A stretch of DNA of 64,000 nt from Methanomassiliicoccaceae archaeon (lineage in GTDB: Archaea > Thermoplasmatota > Thermoplasmata > Methanomassiliicoccales > Methanomethylophilaceae), in contig JAYFOZ010000001.1 of NCBI GenBank assembly GCA_034928305.1, forward strand, positions 173,255 to 237,254, given 5' to 3'. Under the pieces are notes generated by a model that saw only the letters and a list, made by a program, of their open reading frames with translations, was not told the origin of the DNA and did not search any database. The position numbers and the translations under genes were made by a program. Shown here in pieces: positions 37,232 to 46,750 of this stretch; position 1 is the first letter of the stretch, and each line of letters begins with the position of its first letter.

Positions 37232-37675
37232 ATGTACGACGGAGTATACAGCGAGGAAGTGATGGATCACTTCACAAACCCGAGAAACGTAGGGGAGATC
37301 GAGAATGCCAGCGGCATAGGCACTGTCGGTAACGCCAAGTGCGGGGACATAATGAGAATTTTTCTCGATATAGATGAAAATCATATCATCCGGGACGTCA
37401 AGTTCAAGACTTTTGGATGCGGGGCCGCGGTGGCCAGCAGCAGTATGGCGACCGAGATGGTGAAGGGCAAGACGATAGACGAGGCGCTTCAAATCACCAA
37501 CAAGGCCGTGACCAAGGCCCTGGGCGGACTGCCGCAGGTCAAACTGCACTGTTCGCTGCTTGCCGAGCAGGCGATCCGCGCGGCCCTTTGGGATTACGCG
37601 GAGAAGAACGGCGTCGTGATAGAAGGGCTCAAAAAGCCCAAGTCGGACATAGGCGACCACGAAGATTCCGAATAA
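37232..37675 (+). CDS. nifU: Fe-S cluster scaffold protein (IscU/NifU N-terminal type)
   Basis: GNAKCGD, FGCGAAVASSS and LHCSLLA, giving the three conserved Cys. Confidence 0.9.
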   Translation: MYDGVYSEEVMDHFTNPRNVGEIENASGIGTVGNAKCGDIMRIFLDIDENHIIRDVKFKTFGCGAAVASSSMATEMVKGKTIDEALQITNKAVTKALGGLPQVKLHCSLLAEQAIRAALWDYAEKNGVVIEGLKKPKSDIGDHEDSE

Positions 37676-37739
37676 AAGAGCCAGACAGCAAAATTTAGCT
37701 TTAAAATATCGAATGTTTCAGATCGGAGAAGGACAAAAA

Positions 37740-38672
37740 ATGGCAAAAATTTACAATAATATGGGCGAGCTGGTGGGGAGGACCCCGCTGGTCAGATTCA
37801 GCAGGATGGAGAAATTACACGGAACCAAAGGCAGGCTCATCGTAAAAATGGAGATGTTCAATCCGTCTGGCTCTGTGAAGGACAGGATATCTTTGGCCAT
37901 GGTCGAAGAGGCAGAGAAAAGAGGCGTCCTTAAAGGTGGGTCCGTCATCATCGAGCCGACCTCCGGTAACACGGGAATAGGCCTCGCGATGGTGGGAGCT
38001 GCGAAAGGGTACAGGGTAATATTGACGATGCCAGAGACGATGTCCGCAGAAAGACGGAACATCCTCAGGTCGTACGGTGCTGAACTGGTATTGACAGAAG
38101 GCAGCAAGGGGATGAAAGGCGCAATAGTGAGGGCCGACGAGCTCGTGAAAGAGATCGAAGGAAGCGTCATCCCAGGTCAGTTCGTGAATTTGGTCAACCC
38201 GGAAATACACCGCAGGACCACCGGCCCGGAGATATGGGAGGACACCGGAGGGGACGTCGACGTACTGGTCGCCGGAATAGGGACCGGTGGCACCATAACC
38301 GGTGCGGGTGAGTTCCTTCGAACCAAGAATCCGGGCCTCAAGATAATCGCGGTGGAGCCGGCCGGTTCCCCAGTCCTTTCAGAGGGCCGCAGCGGAGTTC
38401 ATAAGATACAGGGTATCGGGGCCGGTTTTGTCCCGGACGTATTGAACACGGGGATCTACGACGAGATCATCGCCGTCACGGACGAGGATGCATTCGTAAC
38501 GGGAAGGGAGATAGCCAAGGTCGAGGGCGCACTGGTGGGAGTATCCACGGGCGCGGCGATATGGGCGGCCATCAAGGTGGCATCCAGGCCGGAATTCGAA
38601 GGAAAGAACATAGTGGTCATATCGGCGGACAGCGGAGATAGATACCTGTCTACGCCCATGTTCGCATTTTGA
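37740..38672 (+). CDS. cysK: cysteine synthase (O-acetylserine sulfhydrylase)
   Basis: NPSGSVKDR (PLP Lys), EPTSGNTGIGLA, GIGTGGTITG. Start chosen at MAKIYNN after GGAGAAGG. Confidence 0.9.
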   Translation: MAKIYNNMGELVGRTPLVRFSRMEKLHGTKGRLIVKMEMFNPSGSVKDRISLAMVEEAEKRGVLKGGSVIIEPTSGNTGIGLAMVGAAKGYRVILTMPETMSAERRNILRSYGAELVLTEGSKGMKGAIVRADELVKEIEGSVIPGQFVNLVNPEIHRRTTGPEIWEDTGGDVDVLVAGIGTGGTITGAGEFLRTKNPGLKIIAVEPAGSPVLSEGRSGVHKIQGIGAGFVPDVLNTGIYDEIIAVTDEDAFVTGREIAKVEGALVGVSTGAAIWAAIKVASRPEFEGKNIVVISADSGDRYLSTPMFAF

Positions 38673-38723
38673 AAAAGTAATTACTTGGATCAAACTAAAA
38701 AAATGAAAATGAGAGGTATAAAA

Positions 38724-40043
38724 ATGACAAAAAAAGACAATGTGCCGAAAGGACCGGGTAACAGCGGCGGATACAAATTCGAAACGTTGCAGCTGCATGT
38801 TGGTCAGGAGCAGCCCGATCCGACCACGGATTCACGTGCAGTTCCGATATATCTTACCACGTCGTATGTTTTCAAAAACACCGACCACGCAGCGGCAAGA
38901 TTCAGCCTGTCGGATGCGGGCAACATATACGGGAGGCTCACTAATCCCACACAATCCGTGTTCGAGACCAGGATCGCGGCCCTGGAGGGCGGGTCCGCCG
39001 CGTTGGCGTTGGCCACCGGGGCAGCCGCAATAACATACACTGTTCAGACTCTTGCGGGAAGCGGGGACAACATCATATCGTCCAAGCAGATATACGGGGG
39101 GACGTACAACCTCCTGGAACACACGTTGAGAAGATACGGTATCGACACAACTTTCGTAGATTACGACGACGTAAAGGGATTCGAGAAGGCGATAGATGGG
39201 AACACAAAGGCGATCCTGGTCGAGACCATCGGCAATCCTAACGCATCGATCCCGAACATCGAGAAACTTGCGGAGGTCGCACACAGGCACAAGATACCGC
39301 TGATTGTGGACAATACGTTCGCAACACCTTATCTTTTCAGGCCTCTCGAGCACGGGGCCGACATAGTTGTCGAAAGCGCGACAAAATTCATTGGCGGCCA
39401 TGGTACCGTTCTCGGCGGAGTCATAATCGAAGCGGGAAGATTCGATTGGAAGGAAAGCGGAAAATTCCCCCACATAGCCGAGCCAGATCCCAGCTATCAC
39501 GGCATAAGCTTTGCCGATGCATTGGGCCCTGCGGCGTTCGTGACCAAGATCAGGGCGACCCTGCTTCGCGATACGGGGGCGACCATCTCGCCGTTCACTG
39601 CTTTCATACTGTTGCAGGGCCTCGAGACCCTCTCGCTGAGGGTCGAGCGTCATGTTGAGAACACAAAGAAGGTCGTGGAATTCCTCAGGGACCATCCTAA
39701 GGTCGAGAAAGTAAATCATCCCTCTCTCCCCGACCACCCGGACAGAGCGCTTTATGATAAGTATTTCCCGGAGGGCGGAGCGTCGATATTTACCTTCGAC
39801 ATCATAGGGGGGAAGGAGGAGGCCAGGAAGTTCGTCGACAGCCTGTCTATGTTCTCTCTGCTGGCAAACGTCGCCGACGTAAAGTCTTTGGTGATACATC
39901 CTGCCAGCACAACACACTCGCAGCTCAGCGAAAAAGAGCTGAGGGAACAGGAGATCCACTCTAACACGGTCCGCCTGTCGATCGGTACGGAACACATCGA
40001 CGACATACTGGCAGACCTGTCCCAGGCATTGGACAAGATCTGA
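38724..40043 (+). CDS. metY: O-acetylhomoserine (thiol)-lyase / sulfhydrylase
   Basis: FETLQLHVGQ, SATKFIGGHG (PLP Lys), IHPASTTHSQL. Start chosen after GAGAGGT; upstream in-frame ATG/TTG alternatives exist (38685-38709). Confidence 0.85.
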   Translation: MTKKDNVPKGPGNSGGYKFETLQLHVGQEQPDPTTDSRAVPIYLTTSYVFKNTDHAAARFSLSDAGNIYGRLTNPTQSVFETRIAALEGGSAALALATGAAAITYTVQTLAGSGDNIISSKQIYGGTYNLLEHTLRRYGIDTTFVDYDDVKGFEKAIDGNTKAILVETIGNPNASIPNIEKLAEVAHRHKIPLIVDNTFATPYLFRPLEHGADIVVESATKFIGGHGTVLGGVIIEAGRFDWKESGKFPHIAEPDPSYHGISFADALGPAAFVTKIRATLLRDTGATISPFTAFILLQGLETLSLRVERHVENTKKVVEFLRDHPKVEKVNHPSLPDHPDRALYDKYFPEGGASIFTFDIIGGKEEARKFVDSLSMFSLLANVADVKSLVIHPASTTHSQLSEKELREQEIHSNTVRLSIGTEHIDDILADLSQALDKI

Positions 40044-40134
40044 TCTCCGATCCCGGCAAGCCTCCGTCGGGAAAAACTTTTCAAACCATTTCCAGCAATC
40101 TCCATAGGATTAATAAAGATACCAGGATAACACC

Positions 40135-40590
40135 ATGGGCATGCAGATTTCTACCAAAGGAAGGTACGCCATGAGGCTGATGCTCGACATTGCCAAATAT
40201 GGCAGGGGCGAGACGGTCAAGATCAAGGACATAGCCGACAGGCAGGATATTTCCCCGAAATATCTGGAGCAGATAATTTCGGAATTGAACCGTGCGGGGC
40301 TCGTCAAGAGCACGAGGGGACCGCAGGGAGGATATTCTCTTGTAAAATCGCCCGAAGAATACACTGTCGGTTCTATACTCAGGGTCATGGAGGGAGATCT
40401 CTCCGTCGTACAATGCGTCAAAGACGGCGAGGATTTTTGTGACAGGTACGACACCTGCACCACCGTCAGGCTATGGGCGAGGGTCAGCGATGCGATATCG
40501 TCGGTCGTCGACAACGTGACGTTAGCGGACCTTCTCAGATGGGAGGTCGAGAAGGATATTATCTCCATAGACGGTTCCGAGAAAGAATGA
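40135..40590 (+). CDS. Rrf2-family (IscR-like) transcriptional regulator
   Basis: MQISTKGRYAMRLMLDIA wHTH N-terminus. Three-Cys cluster motif C-x7-C-x5-C (VQCVKDGEDFCDRYDTC). Confidence 0.85.
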   Translation: MGMQISTKGRYAMRLMLDIAKYGRGETVKIKDIADRQDISPKYLEQIISELNRAGLVKSTRGPQGGYSLVKSPEEYTVGSILRVMEGDLSVVQCVKDGEDFCDRYDTCTTVRLWARVSDAISSVVDNVTLADLLRWEVEKDIISIDGSEKE

Positions 40591-40643
40591 CAGGGAATTC
40601 ATTCGGCTTAAGGAAGATATCCTGATGAAAATGAAGGTAAAAA

Positions 40644-40730
40644 TGGCGCCGAGAGGGAGATTCGAACTCCCGAGGCGAAATCGCCACGAGCTTTCCAGGC
40701 TCGCGCCTTACCGGGCTGGGCCATCTCGGC
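40644..40730 (-). tRNA. tRNA-Ser (anticodon GGA), long variable arm, CCA encoded
   Basis: Reverse complement folds as GCCGAGA/TCTCGGC acceptor, CGAGC-CTGGAAA-GCTCG, variable arm GGCGATTTCGCC, T-arm GGGAG-TTCGAAT-CTCCC. Confidence 0.85.
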
Positions 40731-40756
40731 TACCGACAGAACATTTTGTCCTTGCA

Positions 40757-41548
40757 TTAATATCTTTCTAAGGATTCGATATCATTCCAGTCGATATCTT
40801 TGCGTGCATCCGAAATATGATGTCTTATGTTTCGAAATTTTGAAAGAGCCACGTCGCTAAACGTAGCTTCGCAGGAACCTTCGCCCTCGTCCAAGGAACA
40901 CATCACATCTCCGAACGGGCTTAAAATTCTGGATCCTCCGAACATCAAGGTGCCAGCCATCTCTCCGGAGTTGTTCGCGAAAACAGTATAGCTGACATTT
41001 TCCAGTGCCCTTGCTGGGAGGACGGTCTCAAGAAAAGTCTTAGACTGCCATGCGGAAGCCGAGATACATATGTTAACGACAGATCCGGCCAGAGTACAAG
41101 ACCTGAGGACTTCCGGAAAGAAAATATCGTAACAGATGCAGAGTCCGAACTTCACTCCGCGGAACTCTCCGATAACGGGGGAACTGCCGGAAGCAAAACC
41201 GTCCTCCGAGTATACGCCGAAACGTGCCAGATGGATCTTTCTATAAACTCTGGTATCGTCAGGAGTGACAAAGTAAAGAGAATTGAATATTTTTTCGCCT
41301 TCATAGCAGGGGCCTCCAAAGACCGCGGCCTTCCCCGTATCCCGGCACGCCTCCTCAATACGTTTTATCGCAATTCCTGTCTTTTTATCCATAGACGAAC
41401 AGTCCTTTCCGTACCCTGTTAGGAACATCTCCGGAAAAATCAGAACATCTGGGCATTCGGAATCCAACTCCCTGGCAATGCGTTCCGAGTTCCGTTCGGG
41501 ATCTGCTGGAACGGGGCGGTATTGGCATACCTTGAGGTTGAGCTCCAC
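40757..41548 (-). CDS. carbon-nitrogen hydrolase (nitrilase superfamily)
   Basis: FPEMFLTGY (Glu), KIHLA (Lys), GLCICYDIFFPE (Cys) catalytic triad contexts. Confidence 0.8.
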   Translation of the reverse strand: MELNLKVCQYRPVPADPERNSERIARELDSECPDVLIFPEMFLTGYGKDCSSMDKKTGIAIKRIEEACRDTGKAAVFGGPCYEGEKIFNSLYFVTPDDTRVYRKIHLARFGVYSEDGFASGSSPVIGEFRGVKFGLCICYDIFFPEVLRSCTLAGSVVNICISASAWQSKTFLETVLPARALENVSYTVFANNSGEMAGTLMFGGSRILSPFGDVMCSLDEGEGSCEATFSDVALSKFRNIRHHISDARKDIDWNDIESLERY

Positions 41549-41624
41549 GTGATGCGATATGCATTTTGTAACATAAAAAACCCCTGTCCGATATGTTTAA
41601 TAGCATCGTACGTGTTCATGAGAT

Positions 41625-43145
41625 ATGCAGGACAATAGGACCGCGGCTGTATCCAAATCTCTCAATGTAGGTTTTGACAATCAGAAGTATATCGACCTTC
41701 AGTCCGCACAGATCAAGGAGCGTATCTCCAAGTTCGGCGGGAAACTTTATTTGGAGTTCGGCGGAAAGCTTTTCGATGATTTCCACGCTTCCCGTGTTCT
41801 TCCAGGGTTCCTCCCGGACAGCAAAGTGAACATGCTGGTAAGCATCAAGGACGTCGCCGAGATCGTCATAGCCATAAGCGCCTATGATATCGAGAAGAAC
41901 AAGCTCAGGAGCGATATAGGCATAACTTATGACCTGGAGGTTCTGCGTCTCATCGATTCGTTCCGCGACCGGGGATTGTACGTCAGCTGTGTCGTCGTGA
42001 CGCATTACAGCAATCAGAAGTCCGCGGATGCATTCTGCAACAGGCTCAGGTCTCTGAGCGTACGCGTCTACAAGCATTATCTGATCGACGGATACCCGTC
42101 CGACATCGACCTGGTGGTGAGCGAAGAAGGCTATGGGAAGAACGACTACGTTGAGACCACGAGGTCGCTGGTGGTCGTCACGGCGCCCGGTCCCGGCAGC
42201 GGCAAGATGGCCGTCTGCCTGTCACAGCTGTACCACGACAATGAGAGGGGAACACATTCCGGTTACGCAAAGTTCGAGACGTTCCCGATATGGAACCTGC
42301 CCCTGAAGCATCCTGTCAACATCGCCTACGAGGCGGCAACCGCAGACTTAGACGATGTGAACATGATCGATCCGTTCCATCTCGAAACCTATGGTAGGAC
42401 GGCCGTGAACTACAACCGCGACATAGAGATATTCCCTGTTCTGAAGGCCATATTCGAAGGCATCCACGGCGAATCGCCCTATAAGTCGCCCACAGATATG
42501 GGCGTGAACATGGCCGGCTATTGCATTACGGACGACGAGACGGTAGTGCGGGCCGCCAAGGACGAGATAATCCGCCGCTACTACTGGACGCTGTGCGACC
42601 GCAAGCGCGGCGCGGCCTCGGATAACAGCGTAAGGAAGATGGAACTTCTCATGAAGCAGGCCGGAGTGGGCACAGAGGACCGCAAGGTCGCAATGGCGGT
42701 ACATTCGCACCCCAGCGTCCAGGAGATGCCCGTTGTTGCGATATCCCTGCCCGACGGGACGATAGTCACCGGAAAGACGTCTGCTCTCCTGGCGGCGACG
42801 TCGGCTATGATGCTTAACGCCTTGAAGAATCTCGCAGGCATCAACGATTCGATGCATCTGATATCGCCGTCCGTGATAGAGCCGGTCCAGGATCTGAAGA
42901 CCAAGTATCTCGGGGACAGGGGCGCGAGCCTCCACGCATCCGAGATGCTCATCGCGCTGTCGGTATGCGCCACGACCAATCCTGTCGCCACCGCTGTGCT
43001 GGAGCGCCTGCCGGAACTCAGGGGATGCGAGGCCCATTCCTCGGTCATACTTCCGGACGACGACGAAGAGCTCATGAGGAAGCTCGGCATCCACGTCACA
43101 TGCGATCCCAAGTACGGGAGCGACAGGCTTTTCCAGGGCAGATGA
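41625..43145 (+). CDS. UPF0371 / DUF1846-family protein
   Basis: 506 aa. N-terminus GFDNQKYIDLQSAQIKERI..GGKLYLEFGGKLFDDFHASRVLPGF is typical of DUF1846. Confidence 0.7.
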   Translation: MQDNRTAAVSKSLNVGFDNQKYIDLQSAQIKERISKFGGKLYLEFGGKLFDDFHASRVLPGFLPDSKVNMLVSIKDVAEIVIAISAYDIEKNKLRSDIGITYDLEVLRLIDSFRDRGLYVSCVVVTHYSNQKSADAFCNRLRSLSVRVYKHYLIDGYPSDIDLVVSEEGYGKNDYVETTRSLVVVTAPGPGSGKMAVCLSQLYHDNERGTHSGYAKFETFPIWNLPLKHPVNIAYEAATADLDDVNMIDPFHLETYGRTAVNYNRDIEIFPVLKAIFEGIHGESPYKSPTDMGVNMAGYCITDDETVVRAAKDEIIRRYYWTLCDRKRGAASDNSVRKMELLMKQAGVGTEDRKVAMAVHSHPSVQEMPVVAISLPDGTIVTGKTSALLAATSAMMLNALKNLAGINDSMHLISPSVIEPVQDLKTKYLGDRGASLHASEMLIALSVCATTNPVATAVLERLPELRGCEAHSSVILPDDDEELMRKLGIHVTCDPKYGSDRLFQGR

Positions 43146-43184
43146 TGGAACAATTCTTTAAGGTCGCCCGTCTATCTGTCCACC

Positions 43185-43958
43185 ATGGTGGGAAGGATCC
43201 CCAAGGTAACCAGCGACGACGTTCAGAACCTGAGGAGTTTCATAAGGGACAGTGTCGAGAGCACCAAGTGCTCGGGCATAGTCATAGGGCTGAGCGGGGG
43301 CATAGATTCTGCAGTAGTGACCAAGTTGGCGGCGGACACCATGGATCCGGAGAGGATATTGAACGTCTTCATGCCTTCCCGTGTCACTCCTGCGGCCGAT
43401 TATAAGACGACCAAGGACCTGAGCCAGAAATGGGGGACCGAATACAAGATCGTCGACATCCAGCCGGCGGTGGACGCATTGACCTCGGTGCTTCTTTCAG
43501 ACATCGAAGCACCGTTGGAGAGGGGGAACATCTCTGCGAGATGCAGGATGATCGTACTGTACAACCTGGCGAAGAAGCGGAACTACATCGTGGCAGGCAC
43601 TTCTAACCAGAGCGAGCTGATGACCGGCTATTTCACAAAGTTCGGGGACGGGGCATGCGATTTCACGCCGCTTGCCAGCACGTACAAGACCGAGGTGAAG
43701 CAGATCGCCGCCATGATAGGCATACCTCAGGAGATAATCGATAGGCCCCCATCGGCCGGATTCTGGGAGGGACAGACGGACGAGTCGGAGATGGGTATAT
43801 CCTATGACGATTTGGACGCCATCCTTTATGATATGGACCTTGATTTCGACGATGACGAGATCTCCGAAGATCTGGGCATCCCGAAGGAGAAGGTCAGGGA
43901 GGTCCGGGGGCTCGTTGCATCCATGGAGCACAAGCGCCTTCAGCCTCTGCGTCCCTGA
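43185..43958 (+). CDS. nadE: NH3-dependent NAD+ synthetase
   Basis: PP-loop GLSGGIDSAV, GTSNQSELMTGYFTKFGDG. Confidence 0.9.
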   Translation: MVGRIPKVTSDDVQNLRSFIRDSVESTKCSGIVIGLSGGIDSAVVTKLAADTMDPERILNVFMPSRVTPAADYKTTKDLSQKWGTEYKIVDIQPAVDALTSVLLSDIEAPLERGNISARCRMIVLYNLAKKRNYIVAGTSNQSELMTGYFTKFGDGACDFTPLASTYKTEVKQIAAMIGIPQEIIDRPPSAGFWEGQTDESEMGISYDDLDAILYDMDLDFDDDEISEDLGIPKEKVREVRGLVASMEHKRLQPLRP

Positions 43959-44036
43959 AAAAGTCCTGGTCAGGCGCCAGAATCGGCTTGGTTCCGCACA
44001 AATTATATTAATGACTTAGTAATCAAGGCTTTAACA

Positions 44037-44109
44037 GCTCCTGTAGTGTAGCGGCCAATCATGAAGCCCTCTCGAGGCTTCGACTCGGGTTCAAATCCCG
44101 ACGGGAGCA
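44037..44109 (+). tRNA. tRNA-Glu (anticodon CTC)
   Basis: GCTCCTG/CGGGAGC acceptor, D-arm GTGTAGCGGCCAATCAT, AAGCC-CTCTCGA-GGCTT, T-arm TCGGG-TTCAAAT-CCCGA. Confidence 0.85.
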
Positions 44110-44349
44110 CTAATTTTATTATCCATCGGTCGTTTTTAAAAAGTCAATAGTTCGGCTATTGAATTTTTTATGGATCGGTAACGACTACCGAGGTATATTG
44201 CGCCCGGACCCATGCAGAGGAATCGAGCACGAGACTGGCGATATCGGCGGGGATTCCACGATGATCGGCCATCAGGGCCGGACATCATTTCTTTACCATT
44301 TCTGGTATTCTAAAATCTTCGACGACTATTAATACAGATTCACCGCGAT

Positions 44350-44856
44350 ATGTTTTCAGGGGGCATCGGAACGGATATCGAACTTTATCACGATTCGAAA
44401 TACGGAAACGGAGTCAGGGTGGCGGAGGAGTTCAAGAGGCTCATGGAGGCCGAGGGCAACCATGTCAACGTACGCAACATCAGAGAAGCGAGCCCGAGGG
44501 ATCTGCCGCAGGCCGACCTATACGTTTTCGGTTCTCCGACGCATTTCGGGAAGGCTACCAGAGGCATGGTACATTTCGTCAAGAAAGTGGCTTTGCCATC
44601 AGGGGCTAAGTATGCGGTTTTCGCCACGTTCAGCGCAGCAAGGCCTGACAAGAAGACCGGTAAGATGCCGTCGGAAGAAGAGTTGGAAAAATGGCGTCGC
44701 ACGATACCAATGATCGATGAACAGCTCAAGGCCAGGGGCATGATGAAGGTGGCAGAAATGAAGGCTTTTGTCGAACCTGAAAATCTGAAAGGGCCCCTGG
44801 AAGAGGGCTGGCAAAAGACGGTAGAGATATTCGTTACCGCCATCCTCGGCAGGTAA
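44350..44856 (+). CDS. flavodoxin-like fold protein
   Basis: LYHDSKYGNG (phosphate-loop-like), LYVFGSPTHFGKA, YAVFATF. The start is uncertain. Confidence 0.55.
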   Translation: MFSGGIGTDIELYHDSKYGNGVRVAEEFKRLMEAEGNHVNVRNIREASPRDLPQADLYVFGSPTHFGKATRGMVHFVKKVALPSGAKYAVFATFSAARPDKKTGKMPSEEELEKWRRTIPMIDEQLKARGMMKVAEMKAFVEPENLKGPLEEGWQKTVEIFVTAILGR

Positions 44857-45047
44857 AGACAAATCGATTATCCGTCGGCTCCGATGTCAAATTCGCAGAT
44901 CATGGTAAACGATGGTTGGATTTTTATTATCCGCGGTTTTTCTGTCAAACATCCTTTCCGATATACCGGTCATTTGCCGGTCGAGCGGTGACGATGGATA
45001 AATAGGCGGGCCAAGGATTATATCGAAGAATAAAATCCACCTTTTCT

Positions 45048-45422
45048 ATGAACTGGGATATGCTGACCATCGTAGCATGCGTTGCCGCAGGAGGTGCGAT
45101 AGGAGCGGTACTGAGGTACTTGGTCGGGCATTATATGGGCACGTCCGCATTTCCCTGGAGTACGTTCCTTATAAATATCATCGGATGCACGCTACTGACG
45201 TTCATCGCATTCTCATTCAGCGGCCACATGTCGAAAAATACCGTATTTTTCCTGTTCACCGGAGTGTTCGGTGCATTCACTACAATGTCGACCTTCACAT
45301 CGGAAACGGTATATCTGTTCTACGACAACGAAATTATGAAGGCCGCTTGGAACGTAGTCCTCAATGGAGGAGGATGTCTCCTCGGAGCGTTCATCGGAAG
45401 GGCCCTGTCGCTTCTGATGTAA
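45048..45422 (+). CDS. crcB: fluoride ion channel CrcB/FluC
   Basis: 124 aa, 4 TM segments, GGAIGAVLRY and GAFTTMSTF motifs. Confidence 0.9.
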   Translation: MNWDMLTIVACVAAGGAIGAVLRYLVGHYMGTSAFPWSTFLINIIGCTLLTFIAFSFSGHMSKNTVFFLFTGVFGAFTTMSTFTSETVYLFYDNEIMKAAWNVVLNGGGCLLGAFIGRALSLLM

Positions 45423-45846
45423 TCATTTTTTTATAAGGCGGGCGTGGCACTCCGACATCCGCAGTACACCCGTCGGTGCATTGCCCGGTATGTCTTTCAA
45501 TGAACAATCTATCGTCGACCCAGCCATATCCGATTCTCCGGATCAGAGCACCGTCTTTGGTTACACGTAAATGTCATTACGACCAGTATTTAGATAGGAC
45601 ATTATGGCTGCAACGGTAGTTTCGCATCTATTTCGCAACTTGTTTTTTGTGGCCATAAATCAGCAGAACCTTATGGTACCAGGCGACGGAAAAAACGCTC
45701 TTCTGCCATCATGGATATCTCTATTGTCAGATCAAGACAACCGGACGTCACGATCTCCCCCGTCAATAAACCGAAAGCAAATTTCCCCTCTGAAACCGAA
45801 AAACATATGTTGCGAATCAAGGAAGAACAAGTTACAATTCATCAGG

Positions 45847-45863
45847 TTGGATGATTCATCCAA
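45847..45863. promoter_or_regulatory. operator copy TTGGAT-GATTC-ATCCAA (perfect half-sites) abutting the TATA-like GGTATAAAT
   Basis: About 60 nt upstream of the DUF4430-like gene. Differs from the 24341 copy at 2 of 17 positions, both within the 5-nt spacer (GATTC versus GATAC). Confidence 0.55.
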
Positions 45864-45922
45864 AGGTATAAATCGGCAAGCGTCTTATATTCCGTCAGTC
45901 AAAATCGAGATAGGTGTTCAAC

Positions 45923-46699
45923 ATGCAAAACAAAACGATGGCCCTGATAGCCGCGGCGATTATAGTCGTGGCCGTTGCCGGCGCGGGAGTCTATTATTAC
46001 TACGGAGGAGACGAAACTCAGGAAGGAACCAAGATCCTCGTTCAAGACAACGAAGGAGTGTATTTCTGGATCGAGGGAGACGGTGACAATGAGTTGACAG
46101 CTCTTACGGATGCATGTGAAAAATATGACATCGAAGTTGTATTCGCCAACGGCTGGATAGACAGTCTTTTTTCACTCGGAATGGTGGGACCGGATGCAGA
46201 TAACAACTGGATCTATTGGAGCCAATACAGCTACACAGACGGAGCATGGGTCCTGAACGATTACAACATGGACCAGTACAATACTTCCGATGTAGAGGCC
46301 ATGGCCGTAGTATATTCTGATGGATCCGAAGTGCCCGCTGTCGACCCGGACGATGCAAAGGTCTGGAACCACAGCACGGATGGAACGGTATTCACCATCG
46401 AGTCCAAGTCTGGAGTGAGCTTTAAGATAAACGGCACCGGCGAAACGGCCATCGAGGCGTTGATCGATGCAACCGACAGATACGCAGTGCCCTTCGTCCC
46501 ATCGGGTAACCCGGCGAACGGGGTCGAGTCACTGTTCGGAATAACATACGCATACGAGGGCGGCCAATGGTCGTGGTGGATACAGAAGGTGCCGACCGGC
46601 GACGGGACCGGGTGGGAAACCAGCACGCTGATGATGGACGAGATGCCAACCTCCGAAACGCACAGCATGAAGCTGGTATACGGCACCGAGACCATGTAA
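45923..46699 (+). CDS. membrane-anchored extracytoplasmic protein with two DUF4430-like (transcobalamin beta-domain-like) repeats
   Basis: N-terminal TM ALIAAAIIVVAVAGAGV. Two repeats end in W-x-Y/W...W...hydrophobic-VY (NNWIYWSQYSYTDGAWV..AMAVVY; GQWSWWIQK..GWE..MKLVY). The family call is an inference. Confidence 0.5.
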   Translation: MQNKTMALIAAAIIVVAVAGAGVYYYYGGDETQEGTKILVQDNEGVYFWIEGDGDNELTALTDACEKYDIEVVFANGWIDSLFSLGMVGPDADNNWIYWSQYSYTDGAWVLNDYNMDQYNTSDVEAMAVVYSDGSEVPAVDPDDAKVWNHSTDGTVFTIESKSGVSFKINGTGETAIEALIDATDRYAVPFVPSGNPANGVESLFGITYAYEGGQWSWWIQKVPTGDGTGWETSTLMMDEMPTSETHSMKLVYGTETM

Positions 46700-46750
46700 T
46701 CCATTAATAAACGGAATAAACCCTTTACTGAATTTTAACAAGGTGTACAA

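Noticed and set aside
44880-45047. A fluoride (crcB-motif) riboswitch upstream of crcB, and a possible extra operator copy at 44916-44934.
   Set aside because: Only a GATGG fragment and a possible GGAT/ATCC helix resemble the riboswitch. The pseudoknot CGCC element and the CUGAUG...CCUAC 3' part are missing. The TTGGAT...ATCCGC element has N7 spacing and a degenerate half-site.
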